Source: Nitrosopumilus maritimus SCM1
Lineage (GTDB): Archaea; Thermoproteota; Nitrososphaeria; Nitrososphaerales; Nitrosopumilaceae
Length of the DNA: 32,000 nucleotides
Direction: 5' to 3'
NCBI RefSeq assembly: GCF_000018465.1
Contig: NC_010085.1
Coordinates: forward strand, 570,001-602,000
Shown here in pieces: positions 26,491 to 32,000 of the stretch. Position numbers and translations under genes: made by a program. Every line of letters starts with the position of its first letter. The first letter of the stretch is position 1. The notes under the pieces were generated by a model. That model was not told where the DNA came from and did not search any database. It saw only the letters and a program-made list of their open reading frames with translations.

Positions 26491-27801
26491 CTAAATATCT
26501 TCAGCACATCTAAAACCTGAAAACAACCATCTTTCATCTAATCTAAAGAAATTCCTATAACTTCCACGTATTGACATTTTTGGTGTGCCAAACGAACCTC
26601 CTCTCAAAACTTTTTGATTTGTAAACCATTTGTCATTATATTCATCAAATCCTGTTTTGAAACCTGGATATCCTGTAAATTCTGATGATGTCCATTCCCA
26701 TATGTCTCCGATCATTTGCTGACATCCTGATGAACTGATTCCTTCTGGATATGTTCCAATCTCTGTGCATCCCCAGTGATATGATTCAAGAAGATTGGCT
26801 TTGTTCTCTGTTGGTTGTTCATTTCCCCATGGGAAAATGGTTTTTTCTTGTTTTGATTCATTCCAACATGCTGCTTTTTCCCATTCTGCTTCTGTTGGTA
26901 ATCTTTTTCCTGCCCATTTACAATATGCATCAGCCTCATAGAAACTGACATGGCATACTGGTTCATTTGGGTTAATTTCTCGGATTCCTAAAAAGTCTCT
27001 AACATTCCATTTACCATTAACTTTTTCCCAATACATTGGTGCATTCCATTTGTTATCTTTTACTTTCTCCCAACCATCTGATAACCAATACTTGTATGTC
27101 TCATATCCTCCATCTTCGATAAATTCTAGATATTGCTTGTTTGTAATTGGAAACACATCAATTTTGTAATTATTCAGGTATACTTTATGTTCTGGAAGTT
27201 CAATATCGTAGCAGAATTTTTTTCCATTGAATCCCATAGTGTATAATCCCCCGTTTATCTGAACAGAACTTTGTTCAACACTGTTTTGTTTTTGGATTTG
27301 ATTTTTCTTTACTGGTCTATATTGTTCAGCAAGAAGATGTTGTAAATCATACACTAACAATTCTTGATGTTGACATTCATGATGAAATCCCATTGTGATT
27401 AATCGAACTGCATTTTTGTCTAAAGACTGAGTTTCAATAAATTTCTCTACTCTTTGATTGATTGTATTGAAATATTGAAAAATCTGATCAACAGTTGGTC
27501 TAGAAATTACACCTCGCAATCCTTTGTCATGTGGAACGCCAAATTGTTGATAATAGGAATTAAGATATTCTGAAAATTCTTTTGAATAAAATTCATAATT
27601 TTTGTCTAGTTTACTCATAATTGCTTCATAAATCCAACTAACGTGTCCGACGTGCCATTTTGGTGGACTCATGAAAAATGCAGTTTGTACCACAAAATCA
27701 TCCTTTTCTAGAGTTTTTACTAACTCTAAAGTTCTACTTCTAGTTTCTCTAAATTGCTCAAGTAGAGGTTTTCTCTCTGTTAGTTCTGGATTTGTAGTCA
27801 T
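26491..27801 (-). CDS. egtB: EgtB-like non-heme iron sulfoxide synthase (DinB_2 + FGE-sulfatase domains)
   Basis: 436 aa; N-terminal DinB-like domain with HX3HXE 'HECQHQE', C-terminal FGE-like 'PTEAEWEKAACWN...FPWGNEQP...GNIWEW'-type region (here 'IGDIWEWTSSEFTGYPGF', 'VLRGGSFGTP', 'RNFFRLDERWLFSGFRCAED'). Confidence 0.92.
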   Translation of the reverse strand: MTTNPELTERKPLLEQFRETRSRTLELVKTLEKDDFVVQTAFFMSPPKWHVGHVSWIYEAIMSKLDKNYEFYSKEFSEYLNSYYQQFGVPHDKGLRGVISRPTVDQIFQYFNTINQRVEKFIETQSLDKNAVRLITMGFHHECQHQELLVYDLQHLLAEQYRPVKKNQIQKQNSVEQSSVQINGGLYTMGFNGKKFCYDIELPEHKVYLNNYKIDVFPITNKQYLEFIEDGGYETYKYWLSDGWEKVKDNKWNAPMYWEKVNGKWNVRDFLGIREINPNEPVCHVSFYEADAYCKWAGKRLPTEAEWEKAACWNESKQEKTIFPWGNEQPTENKANLLESYHWGCTEIGTYPEGISSSGCQQMIGDIWEWTSSEFTGYPGFKTGFDEYNDKWFTNQKVLRGGSFGTPKMSIRGSYRNFFRLDERWLFSGFRCAEDI

Positions 27802-27842
27802 TACTAAAAAATTAATTTTTTTGTATTATTATATTTGGTGTA

Positions 27843-29285
27843 TCAATACCCTCTTGCAAAAATTGGAATTGATTTGCTTTGTTCCCCACAATACATGCAT
27901 TTTGAATTAGTATCTTCACTTCCAAATGGAATTACTCGTATATCTGCCCCTGTCTCTTCTTTTATCTTCTCTTCGCATTCTAATTTTCCACACCAAGGGG
28001 CGTTGAAGAATCCTCCTTCCTCAATTTTTAATTTGAATTCTGTGTAATCTGATACGTATTTCGTGTTTTCTTTTGATTGTTCTCGTGCCTTTTCTAACAT
28101 GTTTTTTTGTATCTCATCTAAAACCTCAACAACTTTTTCTATCTCACTAAATTGCAAATTTGTCTTTTCACGATTGTATCTTTTTGCAACAACAATGCTT
28201 TGTTTTTCAATATCTTTTGGTCCAATCTCTATGCGTATTGGAACCCCTTTCATCTCCCAGTCGTTGAATTTGTAGCCTGGTGACAATCCTTGTCTGTCGT
28301 CTACTTGAACTCGAATATCTTTTGCCTCTAAACTTTCTTGAATTTCTTTTACTTTTGGTAATACTTTGTCTCTTCCTTCATCATTTCTGTAAATTGGAAC
28401 AATCACTACTTGTGTTGGTGCAACTTTGGGTGGCAACACAAGACCCTGATCATCTCCGTGAGCCATTATCATTGCACCAATTAATCTCCAAGACACTCCC
28501 CATGATGTTTGCCATGCAAAATGTTCTACATTGTCTTTGTCAGCAAATTTTACTTCAAATGGTTTTGAAAAATTTTGTCCTAGGAAATGTGATGTGCCCA
28601 TTTGCAATGCTTTTCCATCTGGCATAATTGATTCCATTGTAGTTGTATATACTGCACCAACGAATTTTTCTTTCTCACTCTTCTTTCCAGTTGTAACTGG
28701 AATTGCTAATTCTTCTTCAACAGTATTTTTGTAAATGTCTAGAATTTTCATTACTTCTTGTTCTGCTTCTTCTTGTGTTATGTGCACAGTATGTCCTTCT
28801 TGCCACAAAAATTCTGATGTTCTGAGAAATGGTTTTGTTGCCTTGATTTCTGCACGTAATGCTGTATTCCAAAAATTAATCTTTAGTGGAAGATCCCTCC
28901 AACTCTGAATCCATTTTGAGTATAATGTGTATGCTAGTGTCTCAGATGTTGGTCTTAATGCTAGTCTGTCTCCAATTTCATTTGTTCCTGAATGTGTTAC
29001 CCAAAATACTTCTGGATTGAAACCTGCAAAGTGTTTTTGCTCTTTGCCTAACAGTGATTCAGGAATTAATACTGGAAGAAATCCATTTCTGATTCCGTTT
29101 TTTGCAAATTTTTTGTCAAATGTATTTTTCAATGATTCCCAAATGGAATGTCCATCTGGTCTGAGCACGATTAACCCTTTAACTGGTGCGTAATCTGCTA
29201 GTTTGGCTTTTAGTACAACTTGAGTATACCACTCACTAAAATCCTCATTCTTTGAAACTGTAATCCCCACATCTTCTTTACTCAA
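27843..29285 (-). CDS. proS: Prolyl-tRNA synthetase (archaeal/eukaryotic type)
   Basis: 480 aa; 'ALRPTSETLAYTLYSKWIQSWRDLPLKINFWNTALRAEIKATKPFLRTSEFLWQEGHT', 'KWYGKLECEEKI'-like C-terminal Cys region ('NAPWCGKLECEEKI'). Confidence 0.95.
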   Translation of the reverse strand: MSKEDVGITVSKNEDFSEWYTQVVLKAKLADYAPVKGLIVLRPDGHSIWESLKNTFDKKFAKNGIRNGFLPVLIPESLLGKEQKHFAGFNPEVFWVTHSGTNEIGDRLALRPTSETLAYTLYSKWIQSWRDLPLKINFWNTALRAEIKATKPFLRTSEFLWQEGHTVHITQEEAEQEVMKILDIYKNTVEEELAIPVTTGKKSEKEKFVGAVYTTTMESIMPDGKALQMGTSHFLGQNFSKPFEVKFADKDNVEHFAWQTSWGVSWRLIGAMIMAHGDDQGLVLPPKVAPTQVVIVPIYRNDEGRDKVLPKVKEIQESLEAKDIRVQVDDRQGLSPGYKFNDWEMKGVPIRIEIGPKDIEKQSIVVAKRYNREKTNLQFSEIEKVVEVLDEIQKNMLEKAREQSKENTKYVSDYTEFKLKIEEGGFFNAPWCGKLECEEKIKEETGADIRVIPFGSEDTNSKCMYCGEQSKSIPIFARGY

Positions 29286-29344
29286 ACTAAAATTCTCAGA
29301 ATAAATTAACTAATGAGCTTTTCGTGAATTGTTCTTGTTTTTTG

Positions 29345-29629
29345 TTAAAGGGAATCGCCTTTGCATAGGACTTTGCCTGTAACTCTACTTTGGAAGTTTG
29401 GGCAAACAAAGCACTGTATAAAATGAATGTCGTCCTTTAGAACTGGACAAGCTACAAATTCTTGTTTCATTCTTTTGAGCATTTTTGGACTAACTCCTTT
29501 TAGTTTCAGTTTTCCTTTATCATCCATCATGCCTGACGCTTTTAGTTCTGCCTTGACGTTGTCTGGTAGCTTTTGTCGTCCTTCTCTTTCTTGAATTTCT
29601 ACTTCAAATTTGTGTTCTAATTCATCCAT
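29345..29629 (-). CDS. Small conserved hypothetical protein with four Cys (94 aa)
   Basis: Complete ORF; C-terminal 'CPVLKDDIHFIQCFVCPNFQSRVTGKVLC' resembles a metal-binding arrangement. Confidence 0.65.
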   Translation of the reverse strand: MDELEHKFEVEIQEREGRQKLPDNVKAELKASGMMDDKGKLKLKGVSPKMLKRMKQEFVACPVLKDDIHFIQCFVCPNFQSRVTGKVLCKGDSL

Positions 29630-29824
29630 ATCTATACGACTAACTCCGGTGATTTATTACTAGCGTTTGATCTTCAAAAATACTCCTATCAAAAATGGAT
29701 TTTTTATTTAAATATGTTCTAGTTTGATTTGTTGTTATTTGTATGTATGAAATGTGTATTTTCTAAATATTCATTTTTTTCATGTCAATTTAAAAAAAGA
29801 ATATAATAACTGGGTTTTCTTAAC

Positions 29825-30046
29825 ATGCGTATGAGATTAATTTTTCATATTTTTTTAATTCTTGGAACTATATTGATTAGTTTTCAAACCTTCTTTGTAT
29901 CTGAAGCATATGCTTATTTAGATCCTAGTACAGGTAGTATGTTTATTCATGTTATTATTGGTGCTCTTGTAGGTGTGGGAATTACTTTGAAAGTTTATTG
30001 GTTAAAAATAAAATTCAAATTATCAAATATGATGAAAAAAGAATAA
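29825..30046 (+). CDS. Small membrane protein with 'YLDPSTGSM' motif (73 aa)
   Basis: N-terminal TM or signal, 'AYAYLDPSTGSMFIHVIIGALVGVGITLKVYWLKIKFK'; pattern I associate with small proteins next to surface-polysaccharide genes. Confidence 0.7.
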   Translation: MRMRLIFHIFLILGTILISFQTFFVSEAYAYLDPSTGSMFIHVIIGALVGVGITLKVYWLKIKFKLSNMMKKE

Positions 30047-30146
30047 TTTGATATTTTATCATCTTTTCTATGTCTAGCCTGAACCCAATAAGAGATCTCA
30101 CTTAATCTGCATTTTTATTAATGGAAGCATTAATTTTTCTATAAAT

Positions 30147-32000
30147 ATGATGTTTCATATGGACTGCTCAAATTTAGAAAATTTTTTTAGTTCCAAATCT
30201 GATGTACTAAAATTTCTTTTTCACAAACTCAAAAAATCCACTATCGAAGAAATGATGTTTTTTTCTATTTATGAATGGGATAAAAATAAAGAGAAAATTT
30301 TGTGTGAACTTTCTAACAACTTCCCCTCTGAATTAGTTATTGTTAGAAGCTCAGCAATGGGTGAGGATTCAATACAAAAATCTGAAGCTGGAAATTATTT
30401 GAGTATCCAAAATGTAAATTCTTCATCAAAGAAACAACTAGAAAAATCAATCCAAAAAGTGATTAATTCTTATCACAAGAAAGGCAATTACAATAAAAAT
30501 AATCAAATTTTAATTCAAAAACAATCCCTTGATATTATTACAAGTGGAGTTATTTTTTCAAAATCTCTCAATATTGGTTCACCTTATTATATCATAAATT
30601 TTGATGATGGAACAAATACTGATAGTGTTACAAAAGGTGAAGTTGGAAATATCATAAAAATTTCTAGATTTTCAGCTTCTGTAAAAATTCCATTAAAATG
30701 GAAAAAACTAATCAAATCTGTTCAAGAAATAGAGAAAATCTTAGGCACTGATTTACTTGATATCGAGTTTGGAATTAATATACATAAAGAAATTATTATT
30801 TTTCAAGTACGTCCGCTTACCTCTACAAAATCCATCACGATAAAAAATTTTAATAATCATTTTCCAAAATTAATAGAAACTAACAAAAAATATTTTTCAA
30901 AACTTCAAAAAAATCCCTCTCTGATTGGTAACAGAACAATTTTTTCTGATATGTCTGATTGGAATCCTGCAGAAATAATTGGCAGTAATCCGAATTTGTT
31001 AGATTATTCATTATATGATTATTTGATTATGAAAAATACTTGGAGTAAAAGTAGAGAAATGTTAGGTTACACCAAAGTGAAGACTAATTCTCTTATGGTA
31101 AAGTTTGGCCAAAAACCCTATGTTGATGTAAGATCAAGTTTCAATTCATTAATTCCTGCAAAAATCCCCAAAAAATTGAAATCCAAATTGATGGCTTATT
31201 ATATGAATAAAATCCAAAATTTCCCACATCTTCATGATAAAATTGAATTTGAAATTTTATTTTCTTGTTATGATCCGACAATAAAAAATCGACTAAATGA
31301 ATTACATAAATATAATTTTTCTAAAGAAGAAATTCATCAAATAGATCAATTGTTGAAAAAATTCACTGGAGATTTAATTGATAACTTTCCTAGTATTCTG
31401 AATGCTACACTTGATGCTATGAGACAATTAAAAGAGAATCGAGAGAAAAGTCTCAAAAGCTTAATTGATGTCAAATCACCTTCGAAAATTTTGAATACTC
31501 TTGAAAAATTGCTGAATGACTGTAGAAATATTGGTACTCTTTATTTCTCAATAATGGCTAGATTAGCCTTTGTTTCTTCAATAATTTTGAAAGGATTGGA
31601 AAAAAATGGAAATTTAGACTCAAAAATATTGGAAAACTTCATGAATACTTTACAAACCCCATTATCTGATATTCAACATGACCTAAATTCTTATGTAAAT
31701 GGAGATCTTTCAAGAAAACAATTTCTTGTAAAATATGGCCATTTGCGACCTGGAACTTATGATATTACTGCATCTCGTTACGATAAAGATAAAAATTTTT
31801 TCAATAATGTAAAATATCTTAAAAATGAAATTGACAAAATTTCTTTTAATGAATTTAAATTTAAAAAAATTTTTCAAAAACACATTCCTTTTGAATCTGA
31901 GAAATTCTTGTTTTTTATAAAAGAATCAATTTCTCAAAGAGAAAAAACAAAATTTGAATTTACCAAAAATTTGAGTTCGGTGATAGAATTAATTGCAATG
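30147..32000 (+). CDS. PEP/pyruvate-binding (PPDK-N / PEP-synthase-like) protein, 5' part, runs off the right edge
   Basis: Hand-translated open frame of 618 codons from ATG 30147 (alternates 30150, 30159) to 32000: MMFHMDCSNLENFF...ELVIVRSSAMGEDSIQKSEAGNYLSI...SGVIFSKSLNIGSPYYIINFDDGTNTDSVTKG...LDIEFGINIHKEIIIFQVRPLTS...WNPAEIIGSNPNLLDYSLYDYLIMKNTWSKSREMLGY...FLVKYGHLRPGTYDITASRYD. Missing from the ORF track because no stop is in the window. Confidence 0.88.
   Translation, partial: MMFHMDCSNLENFFSSKSDVLKFLFHKLKKSTIEEMMFFSIYEWDKNKEKILCELSNNFPSELVIVRSSAMGEDSIQKSEAGNYLSIQNVNSSSKKQLEKSIQKVINSYHKKGNYNKNNQILIQKQSLDIITSGVIFSKSLNIGSPYYIINFDDGTNTDSVTKGEVGNIIKISRFSASVKIPLKWKKLIKSVQEIEKILGTDLLDIEFGINIHKEIIIFQVRPLTSTKSITIKNFNNHFPKLIETNKKYFSKLQKNPSLIGNRTIFSDMSDWNPAEIIGSNPNLLDYSLYDYLIMKNTWSKSREMLGYTKVKTNSLMVKFGQKPYVDVRSSFNSLIPAKIPKKLKSKLMAYYMNKIQNFPHLHDKIEFEILFSCYDPTIKNRLNELHKYNFSKEEIHQIDQLLKKFTGDLIDNFPSILNATLDAMRQLKENREKSLKSLIDVKSPSKILNTLEKLLNDCRNIGTLYFSIMARLAFVSSIILKGLEKNGNLDSKILENFMNTLQTPLSDIQHDLNSYVNGDLSRKQFLVKYGHLRPGTYDITASRYDKDKNFFNNVKYLKNEIDKISFNEFKFKKIFQKHIPFESEKFLFFIKESISQREKTKFEFTKNLSSVIELIAM

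Noticed and set aside
28063-29193. Plus-strand ORFs 28063-28275, 28280-28627, 28531-28734 and 28927-29193
   Set aside because: All lie antisense to proS and have no domain signal.
1-32000. Defence island or toxin-antitoxin system
   Set aside because: No restriction, Cas, retron, CBASS or TA-type pairs recognised on either strand; content is largely core metabolic and informational genes.

Overview
The window looks like a contiguous piece of a low-GC, marine Nitrosopumilus-like thaumarchaeal (AOA) chromosome. This assignment is my inference from protein families and short intergenic regions; I ran no database search. Most of it is ordinary core genome: SMC, ProS, deoxyhypusine synthase, myo-inositol-phosphate synthase, Y-family polymerase with a C-terminal PIP box, geranylgeranyl-reductase-like flavoprotein, DUF99, SDR/3-hydroxyisobutyrate-DH-like pair, PAC2, LysE and nitrilase-family proteins. 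I found no tRNA, rRNA, CRISPR array or mobile element. The best items for a second look are: (1) an Alba-type chromatin protein with a long acidic/proline N-terminal extension encoded by 19 perfect 18-nt repeats (EPEPTP x19); (2) an archaeosortase/exosortase-like membrane protein with Ser where the family usually has the catalytic Cys; (3) egtD and egtB, separated by an FMN reductase, a DsbA-like protein and an orphan histidine kinase, suggesting an aerobic thiol/redox neighbourhood; (4) a truncated PEP/pyruvate-binding (PPDK-N-like) ORF at the right edge, missing from the ORF track because it runs off the window, behind a small 'YLDPSTGSM' membrane protein, which suggests the start of a glycan/phospho-polymer locus; (5) a DsbA-like protein with a CHQC motif abutting a small membrane protein with a CSC motif.
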